From an uncultured Gemmatimonadales bacterium (lineage in GTDB: Bacteria; Gemmatimonadota; Gemmatimonadetes; Gemmatimonadales; GWC2-71-9): a DNA stretch of 64,000 nt. Position numbers and translations under genes: made by a program. Shown here piece by piece: positions 18,899 to 31,427 of this stretch (the stretch's first letter is position 1; each line of letters starts with the position of its first letter). The stretch spans positions 71,404 through 135,403 of the forward strand of contig CAWKMI010000002.1 in assembly GCA_963850655.1 (NCBI GenBank), read 5' to 3'. The notes below the pieces were generated by a model. The model did not search any database. It had not been told where the DNA came from and saw only the letters and a list, made by a program, of their open reading frames with translations.

Positions 18899-20215
18899 CT
18901 ATCCCTGCCTGATCCACCGGAACACTTCGCCGAACGTCGGCTTCTTGCCGTACATCAGGATCCCGGTGCGGTAAATCCGGCCGGCAAGCCAGGTGACCCC
19001 GAGCAGGGCGCTGATGCCAAGGGCAAGCGAGCCGGCGAGCTCCAGCGGTGAGACGGCCGCCAGTGACCAGCGCACCGGCATCACAAGCTGGGAAAAGAAC
19101 GGCACGAACGAGAGCGTGACCGCGAGTCCGCCGGTGGGATCCTTCATCACGGCGAACACGCTGAAGAAACCGAGCAGCAGGACCATCGTGACGGCTACCG
19201 CGTACTGCTGCGTCTCCTGCACCGTGTTGCAGATCGATCCGATGGCTGCATACAGTGCGCCGAACAACAGGAACCCGAGCATGAAGTACACCAAGAAGAC
19301 AATCAGGAGGTCGGTGGGCATGGCGGGAATCGGCAGCGCCTGCATCGCATCCGCACTCATGCCGAACAGTCCCGCCAGCGCGGCGCGTTGGCTGGTCACC
19401 AGGTAGTAGGTGCCACCCCAGATCGACATCTGCAGCAAACCGGTGAGTCCGACACCCAGTACTTTGCCGAGCAGCATCTGGAACGGCCGCATCGAGGAGG
19501 CAAGCACCTCCATGATGCGCGACGTCTTCTCCTCGATCACGGAGGTCATTGTCTGCTGCCCGTAGAGCACCACACTGATATACAACAGGAACGCCATGAA
19601 GTAGGCGATCGCGAACGAAGCGATACCGCTCTGACCCGTCGCCTTTCCGTCGCTCACCTTGGTGGCGTTGAGGTTCGCCGGCCGGATGGCGCTGGCGACC
19701 ACCTGGGGATCAAGTCCCGATCGGGCCAGGCGGGTCTGGGCGAGAACCTTGGAGATCGATCCTTCGAGTTGACCCATCGATTCCAGTGAGCTGGTATTGG
19801 TGCCGAGGTAGTCCGCCTTGCCGGTGGTGAGGGTGGAGTCGGTGATGACCAGCACGCCATCAAAGGACTCCGGATACTTGTCCCGGCTCACCCCGGTAAA
19901 GGCCACGAGGGAGTCCTGCAGGGCAGCAATGCGACCAACCCCGGCGAACCGCCGGACGGCATAGCGACGCAGTGACGTGGAGTCGCGCGACAATCTCTCC
20001 CCGGCAAGTGCTGATTCTATGCGGCTTCCGAGGCTATCCGTGGTGCCGTCCACCATGGCGATCTGCATCGTGCGGCTGCCTCCGCGCATCATCAACGCAG
20101 GCACCACGGCGACGAATACCATGAGGAACGGGAGAATCAGGGTCGAGATCGCGAAGGCCCTGGTGCGGACCCGCGCGATGAGTTCGCGCCGAATGACAGC
20201 CAGTGTCTTGTTCAC
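18899..20215 (-). CDS. ABC-2 type transporter permease (NatB-like)
   Basis: 438 aa. One N-terminal TM helix, a large extracytoplasmic loop, then five C-terminal TM helices. Coupled to the upstream ATPase (4-nt overlap). Confidence 0.8.
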   Translation of the reverse strand: MNKTLAVIRRELIARVRTRAFAISTLILPFLMVFVAVVPALMMRGGSRTMQIAMVDGTTDSLGSRIESALAGERLSRDSTSLRRYAVRRFAGVGRIAALQDSLVAFTGVSRDKYPESFDGVLVITDSTLTTGKADYLGTNTSSLESMGQLEGSISKVLAQTRLARSGLDPQVVASAIRPANLNATKVSDGKATGQSGIASFAIAYFMAFLLYISVVLYGQQTMTSVIEEKTSRIMEVLASSMRPFQMLLGKVLGVGLTGLLQMSIWGGTYYLVTSQRAALAGLFGMSADAMQALPIPAMPTDLLIVFLVYFMLGFLLFGALYAAIGSICNTVQETQQYAVAVTMVLLLGFFSVFAVMKDPTGGLAVTLSFVPFFSQLVMPVRWSLAAVSPLELAGSLALGISALLGVTWLAGRIYRTGILMYGKKPTFGEVFRWIRQG

Positions 20216-21162
20216 GCGGCCTCCACCGATGCCGGCACCTGGGCAGCATTGCCGACCTTGGCAATGAAGATCGACTGCAACGACGGCTCGACCACTTCGA
20301 AGCGATTCAACCCGACCCCCTCTCCAACCAGCGCCGCAAGCAGCACGTCAGGCGACGTACCGTCGGCAAGTTCCAGCTCGGCGGTCGCGCCGTAGTCGTC
20401 GAGCTTGGCCACCAGTCGCCGGTCGGCAAGGACTCGCGCCGCGCGCTCCTTGTCATGCGTGAAGCCGAGCGCCACATGGTTGCCACCAAACTCCGCCTTG
20501 ACCTCCGCAAGCGATCCGTCAACAACTTTCTCGCCCCGCGCAATGATGACGATGCGATCGCACATCTTCTCGGCCTGCTCCATGATATGGGTCGAGAAGA
20601 GTACCGTGCGTCCGCTCTTGGCAATCTCGACCACGACATCCTTCATCACCTGAGCGTTGACCGGGTCGAGTCCCGAGAAGGGCTCGTCCAGGATCACCAG
20701 GTCAGGGTCGTGCAGCAGCGTCCCGGCGAACTGGACCTTCTGTTGCATCCCCTTGGAGAGGTCCTCGACCTTCTTGAGTGCCCAGTCCTGCAGCCCCAAT
20801 CGCTCGAGCCACTTCCCGGCGCGACGCTTTGCATCGGCCGCGCCCAGCCCCTTCACCTCGCCGAGAAAGGCGAGGTGCTCGAGCACCCGCATCTTCTTGT
20901 AAAGGCCACGCTCCTCGGGGAGATAGCCGAGTCGTTCGGAGATGTCGCGTGGTGCCTTCTGGGACCCGAAGAGCACCACCTTTCCTTCGTCGGGTTCGAT
21001 GATGTCCATCATCATCCGGATGGTGGTCGACTTGCCCGCTCCGTTGGGACCGAGGAGGCCGAAAATCCCCCCGGCCGGGACCTCGAACGAAAGGGATTTC
21101 ACCGCCGTGTGGCCGGCGAAGCGTTTGGTGACGTGGTCCACGCGAACGGCAGATGGATTCAT
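20212..21162 (-). CDS. ABC transporter ATP-binding protein (NatA-like)
   Basis: Walker A GPNGAGKST, signature LSKGMQQK, Walker B LVILDEP. Confidence 0.9.
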   Translation of the reverse strand: MNPSAVRVDHVTKRFAGHTAVKSLSFEVPAGGIFGLLGPNGAGKSTTIRMMMDIIEPDEGKVVLFGSQKAPRDISERLGYLPEERGLYKKMRVLEHLAFLGEVKGLGAADAKRRAGKWLERLGLQDWALKKVEDLSKGMQQKVQFAGTLLHDPDLVILDEPFSGLDPVNAQVMKDVVVEIAKSGRTVLFSTHIMEQAEKMCDRIVIIARGEKVVDGSLAEVKAEFGGNHVALGFTHDKERAARVLADRRLVAKLDDYGATAELELADGTSPDVLLAALVGEGVGLNRFEVVEPSLQSIFIAKVGNAAQVPASVEAA

Positions 21163-21254
21163 GGCGGGCTCGCTCCGAGGGAAAAGGCCGCAGCCACCTA
21201 CTGAGTGATGGCCCAGCCGGTTTCAACGGATCGAATGTATCGCCAAACAGCAGG

Positions 21255-21272
21255 AAGCGCCGCCGGGCGCTT
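21255..21272 (-). terminator. short stem-loop after the last gene of the suf-brx operon
   Basis: AAGCGCC-GCCG-GGCGCTT hairpin 13 nt downstream of the stop at 21285. Followed on the minus strand by CCTGCTGTTTGG. Confidence 0.4.
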
Positions 21273-21284
21273 GCCGGGACCAGA

Positions 21285-21560
21285 CTACTCCATCAGTCGA
21301 TGGACGCCCTGGAGCTGGGTGGTTGGAACGATGGCGTGTTTCAACTCCACCACGATGCCGAATTTGCGTAGTTTGACCAACCACTCCTCTTTGGAGACAG
21401 TGGCGGTGGCAGAGTCATGGACTGCGACATCGTGAAGCAGGACGCCACGAGGGGTCTGCTCATGCCACCGACCCACCAAGGTTCGCCCCTCAGCGGCTTC
21501 GACAACTACCGTGACGCCATGGAGGTCGTCGTGTCCGGGGTGGAAGACATGGCCGCTCAT
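21285..21560 (-). CDS. hypothetical 91-aa protein, last gene of the suf-brx operon
   Basis: ORF MSGHVFHPGHDDLHGVTVVVEAAEGRTLVGRWHE... whose ATG overlaps the bacilliredoxin stop (ATGA). No family recognised. Confidence 0.45.
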   Translation of the reverse strand: MSGHVFHPGHDDLHGVTVVVEAAEGRTLVGRWHEQTPRGVLLHDVAVHDSATATVSKEEWLVKLRKFGIVVELKHAIVPTTQLQGVHRLME

Positions 21561-21976
21561 CCGCAGTGGCTGTCGAAGGCGGTGATGAGGTCGGCCGCGA
21601 TCTGGTCGGGGGACCGTCCTTCGATCTGGTGACGATGCATGAACGCCACCACCTCGCCGTTCTTGAGCAGGGCAACCGAGGGGGAAGAGGGCTGGTACTC
21701 GCCAAAGTACGACCGGGCCCTTGCCGTCGCATCAAGATCCTGCCCCGCGAAGACGCTGTACTTCCGCCCCGGCAACCTGGGGTTGGCGAGCGCCAGGGTC
21801 AGGGCCGGACGGGCACCCCCGGCGGCGCAGCCGCAGACGGAATTGACGAACACCATAGCGGTGCCGCTGGGGTCGCCCAGCGCCGAGTCCACTTCCGCGA
21901 CCGTGCGAAGTTCCTGCACGCCGAGCCGGGTGACTTCCTCGCGCATCGGCTTGATCATCATCTCAGGATAGGGCAT
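21557..21976 (-). CDS. BrxA/BrxB family bacilliredoxin (DUF1094)
   Basis: 139 aa. MIKPMREE...VFVNSVCGCAAGGARP carries the diagnostic CGC redox motif of bacilliredoxins. Confidence 0.85.
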   Translation of the reverse strand: MPYPEMMIKPMREEVTRLGVQELRTVAEVDSALGDPSGTAMVFVNSVCGCAAGGARPALTLALANPRLPGRKYSVFAGQDLDATARARSYFGEYQPSSPSVALLKNGEVVAFMHRHQIEGRSPDQIAADLITAFDSHCG

Positions 21977-22007
21977 TGCACTGCACTCCGTTGCTGTTGT
22001 AAATCGA

Positions 22008-22450
22008 TCATCGATGATCGATCGTCGATTCCTTCTGGAGAGCGTCCATCATCACATGCCACGCCATCGTGGCGCACTTGACTCGAATCGGGTACGCGGC
22101 AACCCCCTTGAAGGCAACGAGCTTTCCGAGGGCAGCCTCGTCGACGGGTTCGCCCGTGAGCAGTGCGTGAAACCGCTCGAAGAGTTCCCGTGCTTCGGTG
22201 ACCGTCCTTCCCTTGATCGCGGCCGTCATCATCGAAGCTGAGGCCTTGGAGATCGCGCACCCTTGTCCCTGAAAGCCGACATCGGTGATGCGCCCCTCGG
22301 CGTCGATCGAGAGGTCGAGCGAGACCTCATCGCCACACAGGGGGTTGCGGCCGTCGCAATGATGGGAAGGCGCAGCCAACACCTTGTAGTTCCGTGGCGA
22401 GCGTGCGTGCTCGATAATGACCGCCTGATACATCTCTTCGGAAGCCTGCA

Positions 22451-22451
<1 letters not shown>
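22008..22451 (-). CDS. sufU: SUF system Fe-S/zinc-dependent sulfurtransferase SufU
   Basis: Starts MQASEEMYQAVIIEHARSPRN. Conserved NPLCGDE, GQGCAISKASASMM and VKCATMAW. The ATG overlaps the sufS stop (ATGA at 22449-22453). Confidence 0.9.
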
Positions 22452-23659
<1,208 letters not shown>

Positions 23660-23663
23660 TCCC

Positions 23664-24994
23664 TCACCCGATCATCGTTTCAAGTTCGGCGCGGACCAGC
23701 TTCTCGAGGGTGTCGCGGATGCCCGAATCCGTCACTTCGGCGAGCACCTCGGCCGTAAACGCCCAGATCAGCAGTCCTTCGGCCGCCCGGCCGGCGATAC
23801 CGCGGGTCTTCAGGTAGTAACGCTGCTGCTCGTCGACCTTGCCGACCGTGGCGCCATGCGTGCACCTGACGTCATCGGCAAAGATCTCGAGCTGCGGCTT
23901 GGTATCAACCCTGGCGGTCTCGGAGAGGAGCAGGTTGCGATTGGTCTGCTTGGCATCCGTCTTCTGCGCGATGGGCTGGACGATCACCTTGCCGTTGAAC
24001 ACCGCGTGCGACCGGTCCGTCATCACGCCCTTGTAGACCTCCCACGAATTACAGTTCGGCTGATCGTGGAAAATGGCGGTATGGTTGTCGTGCAACTGCT
24101 CGTTGCGGCCGAGGTAGAGGCCGTAGAGCAGCGTCTCGACATTCTCGGCACCGAGCCGGGCGCGCAGGTCGTGCCGGGAAAGCTTTGCCCCGAGGGCCAG
24201 GGTGAACGAGCGGTAGTGCGAGTCGCGCTCCTGCACCACCTCGGTCAGGCCGATGTGCCAGGTGGCGGCATTCTCGCGTTGAACGCGGAGGTGCTCACAG
24301 CGGGCGTTGCGGCCGAGGACGATTTCGGTGACCGCGTTGGTGAAGCCGGGCACTGCGCCAACGCCGGCAAAGCTCTCGATCACCATCGCCCGGGCGCCTC
24401 GACCAACGAGCAAGAGGCTCCTCGGCGCGACGACGGGCACCGCACCAGTGCTTACGTGGAGCACCTGAATGGGCGATTCGACCGCGACACCGGCGGCGAG
24501 ATGAAGGAAGAGACCATCGGTGAACAGCGCGCCGTTCAGGGCGGCAAACGGGGTCACGTCGACTCCGGCATGCTGCCCAAGCTGCGCCTCCACCTCTGGA
24601 ACTCCCGCCGCAATCGCCGCGGCGAGCGACATCACCCGAGCCCCTGCCGGCAGCTCGGAAACGCGTGACAGCGACGGGTCGAAGCGTCCATCGACCAGGA
24701 CCAGCAGGGCGCCATGGTCGGCCCCAAGCAGGAAGGAATGCAGCGCCTCGGCACGGAGTGGTGCGGCGCGCGCGGCAGCCGCGAAGGCCTCCCGGGCCAG
24801 CCCCTGCACCGGCGTAAACCGCCAGTCCTCGTCCTTTGCCGTCGGCAGGCCGACCGCAGCAAAGCGCTCGACGCCCCGACGGCGGAAGGCCGCCAGCCAT
24901 GAGGGCGCGGCGCCGCGGGCGGCCTCGGCCATGAGATCCGCGAACGGGACGGCGGGTTGTTCGCCCGCGCTCCGCATCGGCAGGGTCGCAGAGG

Positions 24995-24998
<4 letters not shown>
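23664..24998 (-). CDS. sufD: Fe-S cluster assembly protein SufD
   Basis: Beta-helix SufD body with the conserved C-terminus (TKPQLEIFADDVRCTHGATVG). Start chosen at MTSATLP, abutting the sufC stop. Confidence 0.85.
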
Positions 24999-25762
<764 letters not shown>

Positions 25763-25794
25763 GATCAAGACATTCCCGTGTTGAGATTCGAGAG

Positions 25795-25857
25795 GCGAGA
25801 GAGGAGAGACGAGACAGTCGAGTGCTTCACCCTCGTCTCTCGTTCCTCGTCTCTCGC
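25795..25857 (-). other. imperfect purine/pyrimidine-rich stem-loop in the sufB-sufC spacer
   Basis: GCGAGAGAGGAGAGACGAG ... CTCGTCTCTCGTTCCTCGTCTCTCGC are inverted-repeat arms in the 95-nt intercistronic gap. Confidence 0.4.
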
Positions 25858-27287
<1,430 letters not shown>

Positions 27288-27291
<4 letters not shown>

Positions 27292-27974
27292 TGATCCTCT
27301 CCAGCCGTCGGCGACGGCGTGGGAACGTGATAGCTGCAGGTGCCGCATCCGTCGGCAATGCGCGACTGCCGCGCCACCGGGCCCCGGAACACCTGGGTGA
27401 GAAAGCTCTCTTCCGCGACACAGATTTCTGGAAAGCGTTGTGCCACCAGCTGGTGCGGGCAGTTGTGCTCGGTCAGCAGGCCACCGCTTGCCTCCCCCGA
27501 CCAGGTGGCCATGTACCCCTCGGCCGCCAGGATCCGGGCCACGACCTCGCCGCGACGATCCGGCGGAAGGTGGGCCGTTTCGGCCACGATTCGCTGCTGC
27601 AGGGCGAGATAATGGCTCTCGAGGAGCGAGACGGCGGTGGCGCGGCCTTGGCTGGCGACCACGTGATCGAGGAGGTCGGCCACCGTCCGCTCATACCGAT
27701 CCGGAAAGAGTGCCTGCCCCTCGGGGGAAAGGTGATACTCGTGAGACGGGGCGCCGACCCCGTGATGCGAGCGGTCATAACTCACCACGCCGTCGGCCTC
27801 TAACTCCTTGAGGTGATGGCGGATAGCAGTGACCGAGTAACCCAGGGCGCGGGCCAGTTCCCGGACCGTCGCCTTCCCCTCGCGTTTCAGGTAGAGCAGC
27901 AGCTCACCCCGCGGGCCACGATGACCTGGTGGCGACGCGAATTCGTCATGGCGGAAGTGAGGAGCAGAGGTCAT
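27288..27974 (-). CDS. sufR: SufR-like transcriptional regulator (winged HTH plus C-terminal Cys cluster)
   Basis: HTH segment [31 protein letters not shown]-terminal cysteines (NCPHQL...EICV...DGCGTCSY). First gene of the suf operon. Confidence 0.75.
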
Positions 27975-27995
27975 GGCGGGTCAATTCTAGCCGCC

Positions 27996-28020
27996 CGAGA
28001 TGGGTATTGTCAATTTATGC
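27996..28020. promoter_or_regulatory. candidate operator/promoter region upstream of sufR
   Basis: AT-rich spacer containing the perfect palindrome ATTGTCAAT (27996-28004) and the imperfect inverted repeat CAATTTA-N6-TAATTTG (28001-28020), 22-46 nt upstream of the sufR start. Confidence 0.25.
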
Positions 28021-28121
28021 TAGTAATTTGGCGTGAATACACCTCCCCACCACCTTCCCGGCCGCTCGTGGGTACCTTCTCAGCCAGGCCACTCGACCAC
28101 AACTCCTTCGGGGATCGATAG

Positions 28122-28532
28122 ATGAATCACCGCTGGCTCCTCCTCGCCACTGCCGCCACCCTCATCGCCCTGCCCCTTTCGGCCCAGGCCAGCGGCGCCG
28201 GCGGAACGGCCGTCTCGATGCCTTCAGGGAAGTACACCATCGAGGCGCGTGACACATCGAAGGCGTTTCCGCCCATCGCTTTCGAGTTGAAGGGCAACGG
28301 TGTTTTCGTGATCACGATGGACGACGGAACCTTCAGCGGCAGGATGAAGTCGAAGGACGGCGTCCTGACGTATTCGGATCAGGGGTGCCTCGACGAGAAC
28401 AATGTCCAGCGTGAGGGAGCCTACGTCGTGCGCAGCGCGCGAGGCGGCTTCTGGCTCGAGGTGCAATCCGATCCGTGTGAGGATCGCGGCAGTTCCCTTG
28501 CGAGCTGGCTCTTCCGACCGATCAAGAAATAG
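28122..28532 (+). CDS. hypothetical secreted protein
   Basis: 136 aa with a signal peptide (LLLATAATLIALPLSAQA). No family recognised. Confidence 0.5.
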   Translation: MNHRWLLLATAATLIALPLSAQASGAGGTAVSMPSGKYTIEARDTSKAFPPIAFELKGNGVFVITMDDGTFSGRMKSKDGVLTYSDQGCLDENNVQREGAYVVRSARGGFWLEVQSDPCEDRGSSLASWLFRPIKK

Positions 28533-28541
28533 CCCTGCCCT

Positions 28542-30695
28542 TCAGAACCACTTCCCGACGCGGAGCAACAACGCGCCGCGACCGGCACGATTCCAGCCAT
28601 ACTCCAGGCGCACCGGACCGAGCGGAGTCGGATTCTCGAGGCCGACCGAGAGCCCGGTCTGCCACGCGCCGCCATGGAAGAGGCCGTCGCGCACCAGGAT
28701 CCCTCGTGCCAGCGCAAGAACGCTGTCGAGCTGGCCGGTCGCGAACGCCGCACGACCTGCCGCCCCGGTGATCTTGAATCGCAGCTGACCCACCACCAGT
28801 CGAGACAGCGCCAACGCGGTGGAGACTTCGCGATCGCCCCGGTGTTCACCAAGGTGAAACCCGGGAAAGCCGCCTTCTCCTCCCAGCACGAAGGCGTGAG
28901 CCGCGGGGAGTGTTGACCCGGCACCAATCCGCAACCGGTGCTCGAGGTAAACACCACCAATGGCGGTTCCCCATCGGGTCTCCAGTGCCGTCCGCCAGTA
29001 TTCGGTGGTCCACGCGAGTTCGAGCCGTGCGAAGTTGCCGGCATTGTCGACACCTCGCTCCAGCAGGAATGTCGGCCCGATCGCCTCTCGGTTGTGGGGA
29101 GCCCGCTCGTCGAGGCTGAGTTCGTGCCAGATGCTCGCTTCACCGCCGATCATCATGCGCAACATCGGCCCGAAATCCCGCTCCAGCCCCGTCTTTACCA
29201 CGACCTCACGAAAGAGATCGGATTCGAGCTCCACGCCAGCCGTATCAAACCGCCGGACTCGTTCACCGGTAAGGCTGAGACGAAAGGCCGGCGTGAGGGT
29301 CGGGTGTCCGAGCAACGACTGTCGCCGGATGCCAAGGTCGAGGTTGCTGTTGAAACGGCCGAGCGTCAGGACGCCGGAGGCCTCGGCCTTGACGATCGGC
29401 GCGCGCCGATCGAGGAGACCGACCCAGGTTCGCCCGCCCAATTCCTGGTCATAGGCCAGGCCGATGCCGGCGCTCCGCCGGGGCAGTCGTCGCAGCACCG
29501 GGTGCAGCGCGACAGAATCTCCGCTGCCGGTGGGGCCGAGCCACATTTCGCGGAAGACATCTCGGCGCCCGAACGAGAGGAGTCGTTGCTCGAGCACGTG
29601 GCGATCGAACGGCTTGCCGGGATTGAGAAGCAGGGCGCGGGCCAGAAGCTGCGTGCCTTCGGAATCCGGTGCCTCACCAACGATTTCCGTGAGCACCGTT
29701 GGAACCCTTGGGTTCAGCACGGGCAGCTCTCCCCCACCGGCGAGCGAACGACATGGCCACTCTGCCAACATCCTGCGTCCTTCGGCGCGGCCAAGGCGGA
29801 GCAAGGAATCGACCGACGCGGGGGCGAAGTCGAAAGAACTGAATCCCTCCACGGGCACGCGGATGAAAAGGTCCTCCGCGCCGAGGGAGTCGCCCGGCTG
29901 GCGGAAGAGCCAGTTCAGGACCCGGTCGGCGACGACCAGCGACGACTCCAGGTTGAGCGTGTCCAGTTGCCGGTTGGTGACATCACTGACGATGACCCGC
30001 TGGGCACCAGCGGCCCGGGCAACACCGACAGGGATGTTGGCAGAGAGCCCACCGTCAATGAGCACTTGACCGCCAATGCGCTGGGGCGCAAAGACCAGCG
30101 GAATGGCAATGCTCGCTCGCACCGCCTGCGCCAGGTCGCCGTGGTCGAGCGCCACGACGCTGCGATCGCGCAGGTCGGTTGCCACTATCCGCAGCGGGAT
30201 CGGCAGCCGGTTGAAGTCCCCGCGCGCCAGGAGATTGGCCCGCAGGAGGACGGCGTTGAGGGGACTGTTGGCGTCGGACTGGCGCAGGGCCGAACTCGCG
30301 ACTGAGAACCCCCCGGTGCCCTCTTCCCAGATCACCAGGGGAAGACGACTGCCCCATGCCGTCGGACCGCGAAGCCCTCCAGCCGAAGTGCCTTGTCCCA
30401 TCGAGAACGCCCGCATGACCGAGTCGATGGTTCGCCCGGCAAGACCCGAAGCGTAAAGCGCGCCGACGATCGCCCCGATCGAGGTTCCCACGACCAAGTC
30501 GGGACGGACCCCAGCCGAATCGAGCATTTCGATCACGCCGATATGTGCCAGTCCCTTGGCGCCACCTCCGCTCAGCACCAGCGCTGTCGGTGCCGGGCGA
30601 CAGGCTGGCACCGACGCCTGTCCCACGAGGGGACGAATCCCGTCGGCATACATCGCCGCCGCGACAAGCAGAACGATGAGCATCCGGCGTGGCAT
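28542..30695 (-). CDS. patatin-like phospholipase fused to an Omp85/BamA-type beta-barrel (PlpD-like, type Vd secretion)
   Basis: Starts [17 protein letters not shown] (signal). Patatin motifs [12 protein letters not shown] and GTSIGAIVG, and a DGG catalytic Asp region. Long beta-strand-rich C-terminus ending in ...LRVGKWF (terminal aromatic). Confidence 0.8.
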   Translation of the reverse strand: MPRRMLIVLLVAAAMYADGIRPLVGQASVPACRPAPTALVLSGGGAKGLAHIGVIEMLDSAGVRPDLVVGTSIGAIVGALYASGLAGRTIDSVMRAFSMGQGTSAGGLRGPTAWGSRLPLVIWEEGTGGFSVASSALRQSDANSPLNAVLLRANLLARGDFNRLPIPLRIVATDLRDRSVVALDHGDLAQAVRASIAIPLVFAPQRIGGQVLIDGGLSANIPVGVARAAGAQRVIVSDVTNRQLDTLNLESSLVVADRVLNWLFRQPGDSLGAEDLFIRVPVEGFSSFDFAPASVDSLLRLGRAEGRRMLAEWPCRSLAGGGELPVLNPRVPTVLTEIVGEAPDSEGTQLLARALLLNPGKPFDRHVLEQRLLSFGRRDVFREMWLGPTGSGDSVALHPVLRRLPRRSAGIGLAYDQELGGRTWVGLLDRRAPIVKAEASGVLTLGRFNSNLDLGIRRQSLLGHPTLTPAFRLSLTGERVRRFDTAGVELESDLFREVVVKTGLERDFGPMLRMMIGGEASIWHELSLDERAPHNREAIGPTFLLERGVDNAGNFARLELAWTTEYWRTALETRWGTAIGGVYLEHRLRIGAGSTLPAAHAFVLGGEGGFPGFHLGEHRGDREVSTALALSRLVVGQLRFKITGAAGRAAFATGQLDSVLALARGILVRDGLFHGGAWQTGLSVGLENPTPLGPVRLEYGWNRAGRGALLLRVGKWF

Positions 30696-30940
30696 GGTGA
30701 GGAACGTAACGCCCCGCTCGTCTGGTTTGGTGACCGGTGGCTTGCACCCGTTCGGCCGACCCCCCTGCCCCGTTCCGGCCTGCCCGGCCGGCACCGCTTC
30801 GCTCAGGGCTTGCGCACACCGGGGGAAGGTTCCTACTCTCTGCCGTCGCCGAGTGCCCCCGCCCGGCTCCATGCTGCTCGACTGAACTGCGTTGCGTTGC
30901 CCTCCGGGCGTCGCGATGACTTCACCGCAAGGAGTTTCAG

Positions 30941-31204
30941 ATGCCGTACGTGATCACCGAGGCGTGCATTGGCGTGAAGGACCGCGGCTGCGTCGACGTC
31001 TGTCCTGTCGACTGCATCTACGAAGGGGACGGCCAGTTGTATATCCACCCCGACGAATGCATCGACTGCGGCGCATGTGAGCCGGAGTGCCCGGTGAACG
31101 CGATCTACCCCGAAGAGGATGTCCCGGAAGGCATGCAGTCGTTCATTGCCATCAACCGGGAGATCTTCGACTCCGACACGCCGCCGGGCCGCCCGAAGAA
31201 GTGA
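30941..31204 (+). CDS. fdxA: ferredoxin (FdxA-type, 3Fe-4S/4Fe-4S)
   Basis: [27 protein letters not shown]...[25 protein letters not shown] upstream. Confidence 0.9.
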   Translation: MPYVITEACIGVKDRGCVDVCPVDCIYEGDGQLYIHPDECIDCGACEPECPVNAIYPEEDVPEGMQSFIAINREIFDSDTPPGRPKK

Positions 31205-31253
31205 GCTGCGCGCAGCGCCCGCTGCGCGTTTGACAACAGCGATCGGAGCAGAG

Positions 31254-31427
31254 ATGGGCACCTCCACCGACTACGTCCGCTATGCCGCCAAGTTGTCGCG
31301 GAAACTCTACCTCGACGCCCAGATGGGAATCCCCGCCACCCCGGATCCCGAGTTCTACAAGACGCTCGCCAAGGCGCTAGAGGACATCGCGGACGGGCTT
31401 GACCAAGCCAGCAAGCGGCGCGAATAG
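31254..31427 (+). CDS. hypothetical small protein (57 aa)
   Basis: The in-frame Met (MGTSTDYVRYAAKL...) gives a helical 57-aa product ending immediately before the rnd GTG start. Coding status is uncertain. Confidence 0.3.
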   Translation: MGTSTDYVRYAAKLSRKLYLDAQMGIPATPDPEFYKTLAKALEDIADGLDQASKRRE

